Assembly (NCBI GenBank): GCA_035549315.1
Contig: DASZRC010000038.1
Coordinates: 1 to 57,649 of the forward strand
Source: Patescibacteria group bacterium
Lineage (GTDB): Bacteria; Patescibacteriota; Microgenomatia; Levybacterales; GWA1-39-11
Reading direction: 5' to 3'
Length of the DNA stretch: 57,649 nt
Shown: positions 21,602 to 31,290 of the stretch, piece by piece
Position numbering within the stretch: position 1 is the stretch's first letter
How the letters are laid out: each line of letters starts with the position of its first letter
Made by a program: the position numbers and the translations under genes
Notes under the pieces: generated by a model
Seen by the model: the letters and a program-made list of their open reading frames with translations, nothing else
The model's database searches: none
Told to the model about the DNA's origin: nothing

Positions 21602-23119
21602 TTATTTGATAGTCTTTTTAAAATTCTCTATTTCCTCTTTTAGTTCACCTAGAACTTTATCATCCATTTTGTCCCCTGTTGATAGTCTTTGATAAAGTTT
21701 TTTATTTTTAACACTTATGTACTCGTTTACCTTTTCTTGGAACAAAGGAATCTTTTCTACAGGAAAGTCATCAAGCGCTCCGGAAGTTGCGGCGTAAATA
21801 CTAATTATTTGGCTTGATTCATCATACGGTTGGTATTGGGGTTGCTTTAGGATCTCGGCAAGTCTCATACCTCTATTAAGCTGTTTTTGTGTTTGTTCAT
21901 CCAAATCTGCGCCAAATTGAGCAAAAGCAGCAAGGGATCTGTATTGAGCAAGCTCAAGTCTTAATGGGCCGGCAATTTGCTTCATTGCTTTTGTTTGCGC
22001 AGCTCCTCCTACGCGGGAAACGGAAAGTCCTGCGTTAATAGCAGGTCTAGTCCCTGAGTTAAAAAGCTCTTTTTCTAAATGAATTTGTCCGTCAGTTATA
22101 GATATAACATTTGTAGGAACATAAGCTGAGATATCACCTTCCTGGGTTTCAATAATGGGGAGTGCTGTAATTGATCCTCCACCATTTTTTTCAGACATTC
22201 TTGAAGCTCTTTCCAGAAGTCTTGAGTGAAGATAAAAAATATCTCCGGGGTAAGCTTCACGACCAGCAGGACGCCTTAACAAAAGCGATATCTGTCTGTA
22301 GGCCCAAGCATGTTTGGATAAGTCATCATAAATAATCAAAACATCCTGTCCTTTATCCATAAAATATTCACCAATTGCTGTTGCCGCAAAAGGAGCAAGG
22401 TACTGAAGAGCGGGAGAGTCAGACGCAGAAGCAGTTACTACAATAGAATATTCCATTGCGCCTTCGCGAGTAAGTATATCTACAACTTGTGCGACCGTTC
22501 CTCTTTTTTGCCCAATTACACAATATATACAGATAACTTGTTTAAGACCCAAGTCCTTTTTCTTTTGGTTAATCATCGCATCAATTGCGATCGCTGTTTT
22601 CCCGGTACCTCTATCACCAATTATTAGCTCTCTTTGTCCCCGGCCTATTGGAATGATTGCATCAATAGCTTTAATTCCTGTTTTAAGAGGGGTATCAACC
22701 GGCTGTCTTTCTATAACCCCAGGTGCAATTTTTTCTAATGGATAAAATTTACCGCCAGTGGTTTTAAGAATTTTTCCATCGAGAGGATTTTGGAGTGGGT
22801 CAATAACTCTACCTATCAATGAATCAGATACGTTTACTCCTAAGATTCTTCCGGTAGTTTTTACCTTCATTTTCTCTACAATCTGGTTGGTATTTGAAAG
22901 CAAAATTATTGATACCTTATCTTCATCTAGGTTAAAGACAAGTCCGCGTGTTCCTTCTTCAAATTCTACCTCTTCCCCAAAGCCTGCTTCTGAAAGTCCT
23001 GATACAATTACAATTCCGTCTCCTACGGAAAGAACGTAACCTACATTCTCCTTTTTAGGAGTTACATCCATTTTTTTAAGACGTGTTTCTATTTCTTTTA
23101 CAAAATCTAATGTATCCAT
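21602..23119 (-). CDS. atpA: F1 ATP synthase subunit alpha
   Basis: 505 aa. Walker A GDRGTGKT, plus conserved ITDGQI. Confidence 0.97.
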   Translation of the reverse strand: MDTLDFVKEIETRLKKMDVTPKKENVGYVLSVGDGIVIVSGLSEAGFGEEVEFEEGTRGLVFNLDEDKVSIILLSNTNQIVEKMKVKTTGRILGVNVSDSLIGRVIDPLQNPLDGKILKTTGGKFYPLEKIAPGVIERQPVDTPLKTGIKAIDAIIPIGRGQRELIIGDRGTGKTAIAIDAMINQKKKDLGLKQVICIYCVIGQKRGTVAQVVDILTREGAMEYSIVVTASASDSPALQYLAPFAATAIGEYFMDKGQDVLIIYDDLSKHAWAYRQISLLLRRPAGREAYPGDIFYLHSRLLERASRMSEKNGGGSITALPIIETQEGDISAYVPTNVISITDGQIHLEKELFNSGTRPAINAGLSVSRVGGAAQTKAMKQIAGPLRLELAQYRSLAAFAQFGADLDEQTQKQLNRGMRLAEILKQPQYQPYDESSQIISIYAATSGALDDFPVEKIPLFQEKVNEYISVKNKKLYQRLSTGDKMDDKVLGELKEEIENFKKTIK

Positions 23120-23124
23120 TTTTA

Positions 23125-23478
23125 TTACAACTCTTGTTTTAGACCGGAAACTGTTTTATTAAGATATCCTTCTATGGATAGGTCTATGATTGTGTCGTTG
23201 TCCATTACTTTTATACCATCTTTAATAGATTTGTCTATATTGAATACTACTTCTTTTTTTGCAAACTCTCTTGCCAAAGTCTTTTTAAGAGCAGGCGCGA
23301 TTGGTGTATTTGACGAAACAGTTACAATCATTTTGTTTAAGTAATTTTTTAAATAAGTAAGGTAAAGTATTAATTCTTTCCTAGACATCTTACTAAAGAC
23401 AAAGTTTGCGAGCTTTTTATCTACTTTTCTATCTTGAGCTGTTAGCTTTGCAAGTTTTTTAATGTCTTGATTAGTCAT
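23125..23478 (-). CDS. atpH: F1 ATP synthase subunit delta (OSCP), unusually short
   Basis: 117 aa, positioned between atpF and atpA. The C-terminal part (VTVSSNTPI...DGIKVMDNDTIIDLSIEGYLN) matches the OSCP C-terminal domain. Confidence 0.7.
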   Translation of the reverse strand: MTNQDIKKLAKLTAQDRKVDKKLANFVFSKMSRKELILYLTYLKNYLNKMIVTVSSNTPIAPALKKTLAREFAKKEVVFNIDKSIKDGIKVMDNDTIIDLSIEGYLNKTVSGLKQEL

Positions 23479-23974
23479 ATTTGCCTAATTTGGAAATGTT
23501 TCTTTGAATTATCTTTTCTTTCTCTTGTTTGGTGAACATTTCATCAAGTATCCTATCTAACAAGGTCTTGGACATATCCAGAGCCATTGATTCAGCATCT
23601 TTCTTGCCTTTTTCTCTCTCTTCTTTGGCTGTTAATCTTGCCTCTTCAATAATTCTTTCCGCTTCACGTTTTGCTACAGTGTTTAATTCTGCACGCATAT
23701 CATCGGCACTTTTTTTGGTTTCTTCAATAATTCTTTCTGCTTCAACTGTTGCTTTTTTTATAATTTCATCCTTTTTACTTTCTGCCTCCTCAAGTGATTT
23801 GTGGGCATTTTCTGCATCTGCTAACCCTTGAGCAATTGTTTTCTGTCTCTCTTTAAGGGTTTTTAAGACAGGTTTATACAAATACTTTTTGAATACAAAA
23901 GCAATAATTAAGAAATTAATTATTTGAGCAGTAAAAAATACTGGATCAAAACCAAAATCTTTAAATAGTTCCAT
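23471..23974 (-). CDS. atpF: Fo ATP synthase subunit b
   Basis: 167 aa. One N-terminal TM helix, then a long charged coiled-coil region. Confidence 0.85.
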   Translation of the reverse strand: MELFKDFGFDPVFFTAQIINFLIIAFVFKKYLYKPVLKTLKERQKTIAQGLADAENAHKSLEEAESKKDEIIKKATVEAERIIEETKKSADDMRAELNTVAKREAERIIEEARLTAKEEREKGKKDAESMALDMSKTLLDRILDEMFTKQEKEKIIQRNISKLGKYD

Positions 23975-23992
23975 AATGATTTAAATCGGTAC

Positions 23993-24199
<207 letters not shown>

Positions 24200-24946
24200 T
24201 TAATGTCCACCTCCTTCCTCATGTGGTGAGATTAAAATTGACATAAATACCATTGTCAGCATTGCAAAAACTAAAGCTTGAACAAAAGCTACAATTGATT
24301 CCAGTAATAAAAATGGAATAGGGGCAATGTATGCAAAAATTGAATTAATTGTGTGAATAACAACTTCTCCGGCATAAATATTTCCAAAAAGCCTAAAAGA
24401 TAGAGAAATGACTTTTGTAACTTCTGATACGAGTTCTAGTATTCCTACAAAAAGAAGAACCGGGTTGAGGGAGAAAAATCTTTTTAGATAATTTCCAACA
24501 CCATTGTATTTGATGCTTAGATAATGAGTTGCAACTAATGATACGGTAGCCAAAGCAAGAGTTGTATTAAAGTCACTTGTTCCGGCCCTTAAGATTGGAG
24601 TAAAAACTTCCTTTCCTTGCTCTAGATGAAAAAATCCTATAGACCCAAACCCTGGAAATAACCCTACAAGGTTAGTAACAAATATAAATATAAAAAATGA
24701 TGCAAACCATGGGTAAATTGGATCAGCAAATTTACCGGCAATTTGCTCCGTTGTTGTATAAAAATAATCCACTGCGGATTCTGCAATTGTTTGAATTTTT
24801 CCGGGGATTGGTTTTAGATTTCTTCTAACAAGAACTATAAAAGAAACCAAAATTAGATCTATCGCAATAGTTGCAAGAAAAGTATTGGTAACCTTAATAT
24901 TACCAATATTAAAAATGACCTCAGGTGCTAACGAGACCGCGGACAT
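24200..24946 (-). CDS. atpB: Fo ATP synthase subunit a
   Basis: 248 aa multi-TM with the conserved arginine region (SLSFRLFGNIYAGE). Confidence 0.9.
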   Translation of the reverse strand: MSAVSLAPEVIFNIGNIKVTNTFLATIAIDLILVSFIVLVRRNLKPIPGKIQTIAESAVDYFYTTTEQIAGKFADPIYPWFASFFIFIFVTNLVGLFPGFGSIGFFHLEQGKEVFTPILRAGTSDFNTTLALATVSLVATHYLSIKYNGVGNYLKRFFSLNPVLLFVGILELVSEVTKVISLSFRLFGNIYAGEVVIHTINSIFAYIAPIPFLLLESIVAFVQALVFAMLTMVFMSILISPHEEGGGH

Positions 24947-24956
24947 AAACGATCAT

Positions 24957-24985
24957 ATTGTATAGAATATGGGGAGCCTCGTCAA
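24957..24985 (-). promoter_or_regulatory. sigma70-like promoter of the atp operon (near-leaderless)
   Basis: On the minus strand: TTGACG (24985-24980), 17-nt spacer, TACAAT (24962-24957). The atpB ATG at 24946 is 10 nt downstream. Confidence 0.5.
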
Positions 24986-25005
24986 CGACCATTTGAAGCA
25001 AAAAA

Positions 25006-28000
25006 TTAGTTTGATTGGATTTGTTCTAGTGTGTCAACAATTATTACCGGTTGCTCATCTTTAAAATTAAGTTTTCCTTCTATAAAAACAATATTGTCTT
25101 TAACCAGCTGATACTTATAGCTTTCAAAAATCTTTGGGAATACAACGCACTCAATTGAATAACCAACATGGTCTTCTAGTGTTGCAAATGCCATTTCGCT
25201 ATTATTTTTTCTGGTCAATATTTTTTTAACAGTAGAAAGTATTCCGGCAACTTTAATTCTTGTTCCCTCTTTTTCTTCTGCAAGGTTAACTATTGGGTGA
25301 GTAGTTTTTTCTAGTATTTGCTCTAGCTCTTGGTTTAGGGGGTGATTAGTAAGAAAGAAGCCAAGAAGTTCTCTTTCAAAGCCAAGCTTTTCTTTTTCGC
25401 TAAATTCTTCTATTGTTTCATCAACTTTTGCTTCATAGTGTGATTTAGTGGGAGTTGGCTCATCATCAAAGAGACTGAATTGGTTTCTATCTTTCTTTTT
25501 TGCTTCTTTTGCAATTTTTTCTACAATATTTGGATAGATTGAGAGTAGGGCAGCTCTTTTCCCAAACTCATCCATTGCTCCAGCCTTAACTAAACTTTCA
25601 ATAGTTTTTTTATTTACTTTAGAAAGATCTACTCTGTCACAAAAATCAGATAGACTTACAAATTCCGCATCATTTCTTGCTTCTAGAATTGTACTAATGG
25701 CAGCGCTTCCAACGTTTTTAATGGCAGATAATCCAAACCTAATATTTACATTGTCTTCTATACTAAAGTCAGACAAGGATTTATTTACAGATGGTGGAAG
25801 GATTGTAACCTTAAGCCTTTTACATTCGGCAATTGCCTGAGCAATTTTTTCATTTCTTGCAGGTCCGCTTGTTCCACGGGACTCTGCCGTTAGAAGTGCC
25901 GTCATAAACTCTACAGGGTAGTGGGCTTTAAGATAGGCGGTTCTAAAGGCAATTGTTGCATAACATGCGGCATGTGCCTTGTTAAATCCATATCCGGCGA
26001 AAGGTCCAATTAAATCAAAGAATTCGTGGGCTTTCTTCTCGCTTAGTCCATTGGTTATGCATCCTTTTACAAATAATTCCTCCTGTTTTTTCATCTCGGC
26101 AGGAATTTTCTTACCCATGGCTTTTCGGAATTTATCTGCTTCAAGCCAAGAATATCCGGCGAGCCTAATGGCAGTTAGTAAAACATCATCTTGGTAGGTA
26201 AGAACTCCATAGGATTGAGTCAAAATGTCCCTAAGTCTTGGATCCGGGTAGGTAATTAATGCCGGATTATGTTTTCTTTTAATAAACTCCGGAATATTTG
26301 CCATTGGACCGGGGCGATATAATGCAACCATTGCCTGAAGATCAAAAATGGTTGTTGGTCTAAGCTCTTTAATATACCTTCTCATCCCCGGAGATTCCAA
26401 TTGGAAAATTCCGGTTGTTTCACCGCTAGAGAGCAATTCAAAAGCCATTTTATCATCTACAGGAAGAGTGGAGAGATCTATTTCTTCATTTTTGTTCTCT
26501 CTTATAAACCTTAAAGTTTCTTCTATAATAGTTAGATTTCTAAGACCTAAGAAATCCATTTTGAGAAGCCCTACGCCGTCTTCTCCAACTGTGTACATAT
26601 CATACTGAGTTATGACCTTATCTCCATTTGTTTCTCTTTGGAGCGCTGTGTATTCGGTTAGGGGCTTATCTGCAATAACAACTCCGGCGGCGTGAACCGA
26701 TGCGTGTCTTGCTACTCCTTCCAATTTTTTTGCCAAATCAAGAAGTCTCTTGGTTTCCGGTTCTGTTCTATATGCTAGTGAAAGCTCAGGGCTTTGGGTC
26801 AAAGCGCTTTCTATTGTCATTGCGTGGCCTTGCCATCCCGGCGGAATCATTTTGGCAAGTCTATCAGGAGTTGCGTATGGCAGACCCAGGGCGCGTCCTG
26901 CGTCTCTTACGGCTTGCCTTGCCTCCATGGTTCCAAAAGTTATAATTTGGGCAACTTTGTCTTCACCATACTTTGATGTGACGTATTTAATAACCTCATC
27001 GCGTCTTATATCTGCAAAATCCAGATCAATATCCGGAGCAGAAGGGCGTAGTGGGTTCAAAAATCTTTCAAACGGAAGCTTAAAGAAAAATGGATCAACG
27101 TCGGTGATCCTTAATGCATAAGAAATTACAGATCCGGCAGCCGATCCACGGCCGGGACCAACGGATATTCCGTTATTCTTTGCCCAGTTTACAAAATCAG
27201 CAACAATTAAAAAGTATGCTTCATAGCCTTTTTTAGTAATTATAGAAAGCTCATATTCCGTTCTCTCTTTGATTTCATCTGTTACTGCGGGGTATCTATT
27301 TTCAAGTCCTTCATAAACTTTCTCGCCAAGATATTCTGCGGCAGTTTTGCCTTCCGGTACTTCAAATACGGGCATGATCCATTTTCCAAGCTGTAGTTCT
27401 ACATTGCAAAGTTCTGCAATTTTTACAGTGTTTTCAATTGCCTCTGGATATTCGGAAAATTCGCTTGCCATTTCATCCGCAGATTTTATGTAGAATCCCG
27501 GCGAACCGATCATGGAGAGTTTTCTATTTGGTGTATCAATAGTTGTTTGGGTACCAATGCAAAGAAGAATTTCTTGAGCCTCTGCATCTTCACGCCTTGT
27601 ATAGTGGTTATCATTTGTGGCTACAAGAGGAACTCCATATTTCTTAGAAAGTTCTACGAGCTTACTATTTAGTATATCTTGTTCGGGTAAGTTCGGGTGT
27701 TTTTGGAGTTCAATATATAAGTTATCTTGATAAACATCTATAAGTTTGTTAAGTCTATCTACAGCTTCACTTTCCTGATTATGCATGAGTGGATCAGAAA
27801 CAAATCCATTTAAACAAGAGGTTAGACATATTAATCCCTCATTGTGCTTTCTAAGTAATTCCAGGTCGGTCCTAGGTTTGTAGTAGTATCCTTCCAGGTA
27901 TGAAGCGGATACTATTCTCATAAGGTTTTTGTATCCCTCATTATTTTTTGCTAGCAAAATTAAGTGGTTATATTCCTTTGCTTCTGCAGTTTTTTCAAAA

Positions 28001-28224
28001 CGCGATCCTGCGGTAATATATATTTCACAACCTATAATGGGCTTGATTCCGGCATCCATGCATGCTTTATAAAATCTAATTGCTCCGTATAGTGCTCCAT
28101 GATCTGTTATTGCTATCGCGCTCATGCCAAGTTCTTTTGCGCGCTCAACCATCGGTCCTACCTTTGATAGTCCGTCTAAAAGAGAATACTCCGAGTGATT
28201 ATGGAGGTGTACAAAATCTGCCAT
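25006..28224 (-). CDS. dnaE: DNA polymerase III alpha subunit
   Basis: 1072 aa. N-terminal PHP domain (FVHLHNHSEYSLLDG) and polymerase core motifs (PDIDLDF, GLLKMDFLGL). Confidence 0.97.
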   Translation of the reverse strand: MADFVHLHNHSEYSLLDGLSKVGPMVERAKELGMSAIAITDHGALYGAIRFYKACMDAGIKPIIGCEIYITAGSRFEKTAEAKEYNHLILLAKNNEGYKNLMRIVSASYLEGYYYKPRTDLELLRKHNEGLICLTSCLNGFVSDPLMHNQESEAVDRLNKLIDVYQDNLYIELQKHPNLPEQDILNSKLVELSKKYGVPLVATNDNHYTRREDAEAQEILLCIGTQTTIDTPNRKLSMIGSPGFYIKSADEMASEFSEYPEAIENTVKIAELCNVELQLGKWIMPVFEVPEGKTAAEYLGEKVYEGLENRYPAVTDEIKERTEYELSIITKKGYEAYFLIVADFVNWAKNNGISVGPGRGSAAGSVISYALRITDVDPFFFKLPFERFLNPLRPSAPDIDLDFADIRRDEVIKYVTSKYGEDKVAQIITFGTMEARQAVRDAGRALGLPYATPDRLAKMIPPGWQGHAMTIESALTQSPELSLAYRTEPETKRLLDLAKKLEGVARHASVHAAGVVIADKPLTEYTALQRETNGDKVITQYDMYTVGEDGVGLLKMDFLGLRNLTIIEETLRFIRENKNEEIDLSTLPVDDKMAFELLSSGETTGIFQLESPGMRRYIKELRPTTIFDLQAMVALYRPGPMANIPEFIKRKHNPALITYPDPRLRDILTQSYGVLTYQDDVLLTAIRLAGYSWLEADKFRKAMGKKIPAEMKKQEELFVKGCITNGLSEKKAHEFFDLIGPFAGYGFNKAHAACYATIAFRTAYLKAHYPVEFMTALLTAESRGTSGPARNEKIAQAIAECKRLKVTILPPSVNKSLSDFSIEDNVNIRFGLSAIKNVGSAAISTILEARNDAEFVSLSDFCDRVDLSKVNKKTIESLVKAGAMDEFGKRAALLSIYPNIVEKIAKEAKKKDRNQFSLFDDEPTPTKSHYEAKVDETIEEFSEKEKLGFERELLGFFLTNHPLNQELEQILEKTTHPIVNLAEEKEGTRIKVAGILSTVKKILTRKNNSEMAFATLEDHVGYSIECVVFPKIFESYKYQLVKDNIVFIEGKLNFKDEQPVIIVDTLEQIQSN

Positions 28225-28225
28225 A

Positions 28226-29077
28226 TTAACTTGCTTTTGTGTCCTGTTGTCTCACATTGGCTATTTTCTTGATTGTATCTATATTATGTAATTGTTCTTC
28301 ACTAACTGTATTAAATAACACTGGTTCTGGTTTGGTTGAGTGAATTTTAGAGTTATATTTTGAAATATACATAGCCTCGTCCGCATTTTTTAGTGAGTTA
28401 GCGGGATTTGGCTCTAGAGAAGCGACTCCCATAGATACTTTGATTGCGCTTTCATTGTTGTTGCGGGCTTTTGCAAAATTTTCTTGTAGCCTTTTTAACA
28501 CTACTAGTGCTTCTTCAGGGGTTGTATCATATAAAATTATCGCAATTTCGTCTCCGCCTATTCTCCCCGCAGAATCTACTTCTCTTAGCGTCTTTAGAAT
28601 TGCATTTCCAGTATCAGACATTAATTTGTCGCCTGCAGTATGACCATTTGTATCATTTTCAATTTTTAAGTCATTAACGTCTCCTACAACAACAACTGTT
28701 TCAACGCCTGATCTGTGGGTATCTTCCGCGCGCTCTTCAAGCTTCCTCATGAATGCAGCTCTTGTCATAAGTCCTGTCAGCTCATCTACTTCACCACGTT
28801 CTGCCCTTTCTCTTTGTGCGGAAGCTTCTATTTCTGCTTCTGCTGCTATTTCAATGGCAATTTCTTTTTTTCTTCTTTCATCCTCTGCTTCTAGCTGATC
28901 AGCGGCCCTATCAAGTGCTACTTGATGGCGAGCCTGGAAGGGGATGGGTTCGCCGTTTGTTCCCTTTAGTTTTTCAGCATCTTGTAAGTTTTTAAACCAC
29001 TTTTCTCCAACCTTAGGGTCTTTAGGAATTTGAATTGCATTTTCTTCTGTAGAGGAAGGTGAATCACTCATCAGCAA
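28226..29077 (-). CDS. GGDEF-domain diguanylate cyclase (GGDEI variant) with a coiled-coil N-terminus
   Basis: 283 aa. DELTGLMTRAAF, GDVNDLKIENDTNGHTAGD and RIGGDEIAII. An RxxD I-site (REVD) lies exactly 5 residues before the GG. Confidence 0.85.
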   Translation of the reverse strand: MLMSDSPSSTEENAIQIPKDPKVGEKWFKNLQDAEKLKGTNGEPIPFQARHQVALDRAADQLEAEDERRKKEIAIEIAAEAEIEASAQRERAERGEVDELTGLMTRAAFMRKLEERAEDTHRSGVETVVVVGDVNDLKIENDTNGHTAGDKLMSDTGNAILKTLREVDSAGRIGGDEIAIILYDTTPEEALVVLKRLQENFAKARNNNESAIKVSMGVASLEPNPANSLKNADEAMYISKYNSKIHSTKPEPVLFNTVSEEQLHNIDTIKKIANVRQQDTKAS

Positions 29078-29105
29078 CTATTCTACCACTTATTTAAGAT
29101 TTCAA

Positions 29106-29468
29106 TCAACGATTTTGTGGAGGTATAGGGGGATGTGCTTTATCTAATTTTATATCACCATTCATTATCGCTGTATGGAGCTTTAATGCCTCTTTTCTCA
29201 TTTCTTCGGGAGTTGCCGTTAGCGTATTGAATACTGCGATTGGAATATCGGATGGTTTATTTGGATCAGAATTTTCTGGAGCATTTGGTACTAAAGATCT
29301 TAATACTAACTCCCCACTATTCCTAAGCTCAACTACCCTAAGTCCTTCGGGTAAACCATCTACCGGAACGGAGTGTGATTCTTCCCAGTATGATTCATCC
29401 TCCCAAAGTCTTTCAATATCATGCTGAAGTCTTTCCTGTGGACTTAATTGATCGGTAGATTCTTCCAT
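29106..29468 (-). CDS. hypothetical acidic protein
   Basis: 120-aa ORF tightly packed between gatB and the GGDEF gene. No recognisable motif. Confidence 0.5.
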   Translation of the reverse strand: MEESTDQLSPQERLQHDIERLWEDESYWEESHSVPVDGLPEGLRVVELRNSGELVLRSLVPNAPENSDPNKPSDIPIAVFNTLTATPEEMRKEALKLHTAIMNGDIKLDKAHPPIPPQNR

Positions 29469-29484
29469 TTAAAAAATTCTAGTC

Positions 29485-30819
29485 CTATTTTAGTCTTTCT
29501 TCAATCGCTTCTTTTATGCCTACAGTTGATGAACCGGCAGGGAGTAGGGCGCGAGTTTTACCTATCAAAAATCCAATAACTTGTACTTTTCCTGATTTAT
29601 AATCTTCAACTACTTTTGTATTTTCTTCCAATACTTTCGCGATTGCGTTATTAAGATCATCTTCTGATACTGCTTCTGTTTTTTGAGTAGCCAAAATTAG
29701 TTCTACTAATTCAGCCGGAACAGTCTCTTCCAGGTTTGGCTTTTTATTAATAATGTAATTTGCAATCTGTTTTGGAGTGATACCATGTTTCTCTCCCTCT
29801 TTTGCTGCTTCTTCAAAGTAGTCTGCAGTTGTTACCTCGCGGGTCAAGATTTCTGCATCATAATCTGTAATCTTTAGATCTGCTACAAATCTCTTCTGTT
29901 TTGCTTCCGGCATCTCCGGTATTCTGTCTTCAATATCTTTTATTTCTTGATCGGTTAATAATATTGGTGGAATATCAGGTTCCGGGAAATACCTATAATC
30001 ATTTGCTTCTTCTTTAATCCTTTGAGAGACTGTTGTGTTTTTCGCTTCATTCCATCCTCTAGTTTCTTGAGGAGGAATTTCACCACGATCTAAAATTTCC
30101 GATTGTCTAACAATTTCTGTTTCAATTGCACGAGCAACGAATCTAAATGAATTAATATTCTTTACTTCAACCTTGTATGATGGTAATTCGTTTTTTGCGA
30201 TTTGTTCTTCGTTTGCAAGTGAAATGTTTGGCTCAAGTCTCATGTCTCCCTTTTCCATGTCTGCATTGGAAACTCCTAAGTAGCGAACAATTTGCTGAAG
30301 TTTTTGCAAGTATTGAGTTACTTGGAATGCACTTTCAAAATCCGGTTCGGTTACTATTTCTACCAACGGTACACCTGACCTATTAAAATCTATTAGTGAT
30401 GCGCCATCTGCATGTGTAAGTTTTCCGGTGTCTTCTTCCATATGAACACGAGTTATTCCTATTCGTTTTAGGTTCTTTGATCCCGGTTCTTCCGGAATTT
30501 CTATAAATCCGCCAAGTCCAAACGGTTCATCATATTGGGATATTTGGTATCCCTTTGAAAGGTCCGGATAGAAATAGTTCTTTCTATCAAATTTGGAATT
30601 GTTTAGTATTCTACAGTTGAGTGCCAGGGCAATCATTACACACCAATCTATTGCCTGTTTATTTGGAACAGGAAGTGCTCCTGGTAGTCCAAGACAAACC
30701 GGGCATGTATCACTATTAGGGTCTTCTCCAAAATAAGAAGCCGAGCACTGACAAAACATTTTAGATTTTGTTTTAAGCTCTACATGTACCTCTAGTCCGA
30801 TAACTGGTTTATAATTCAT
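29485..30819 (-). CDS. gatB: Asp/Glu-tRNA amidotransferase subunit B
   Basis: 444 aa. IGLEVHVELKTKSKMFC, CPVCLGLPGALP and a C-terminal YqeY-like tail. Confidence 0.95.
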   Translation of the reverse strand: MNYKPVIGLEVHVELKTKSKMFCQCSASYFGEDPNSDTCPVCLGLPGALPVPNKQAIDWCVMIALALNCRILNNSKFDRKNYFYPDLSKGYQISQYDEPFGLGGFIEIPEEPGSKNLKRIGITRVHMEEDTGKLTHADGASLIDFNRSGVPLVEIVTEPDFESAFQVTQYLQKLQQIVRYLGVSNADMEKGDMRLEPNISLANEEQIAKNELPSYKVEVKNINSFRFVARAIETEIVRQSEILDRGEIPPQETRGWNEAKNTTVSQRIKEEANDYRYFPEPDIPPILLTDQEIKDIEDRIPEMPEAKQKRFVADLKITDYDAEILTREVTTADYFEEAAKEGEKHGITPKQIANYIINKKPNLEETVPAELVELILATQKTEAVSEDDLNNAIAKVLEENTKVVEDYKSGKVQVIGFLIGKTRALLPAGSSTVGIKEAIEERLK

Positions 30820-31288
30820 GTTGTACCTCTATTCTACCTTGAAGTTCAGGGCGGTGTATTTGTATTAATTCTGTAAAATCATCAGCATCTTGAGGGGAGT
30901 GCGTTCTAATTGCTTTAACAGTTTCTAATGGAATTATTCCTCTAACATAAACTTCGCCTGGAGATGCTACAACCCAGTATGGAGATATTTGTTTTCTTGC
31001 TTCTGTTGGTGTAATGACAGATAGAGAGTCATCAAACAACAGTGTTATCGAGCCTGGTCCCAATACCGTTCTGCGTCTATCGCTTGAGTATAAAAATACC
31101 CTATCGAGATAATCTGGAATTCCAGCTACGCTAATAGGAAGACTCTTGTAGGATATTCCTAGTTCCTTCGCTTTTATAGGTGAAACTATTCCGTATTTAA
31201 CAATCGATTCTAGTCTATCAACTTTTTGTCCTTCAAGTTCAAATGTTCTATCAAATGAGTGTCCGTATGAATAACTTTCTGAGCTCAT
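30809..31288 (-). CDS. hypothetical protein inserted between gatA and gatB
   Basis: 159-aa ORF. It starts 3 nt after the gatA stop and overlaps the gatB start by 11 nt. No recognisable motif. Confidence 0.55.
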   Translation of the reverse strand: MSSESYSYGHSFDRTFELEGQKVDRLESIVKYGIVSPIKAKELGISYKSLPISVAGIPDYLDRVFLYSSDRRRTVLGPGSITLLFDDSLSVITPTEARKQISPYWVVASPGEVYVRGIIPLETVKAIRTHSPQDADDFTELIQIHRPELQGRIEVQHEL

Positions 31289-31290
31289 AT

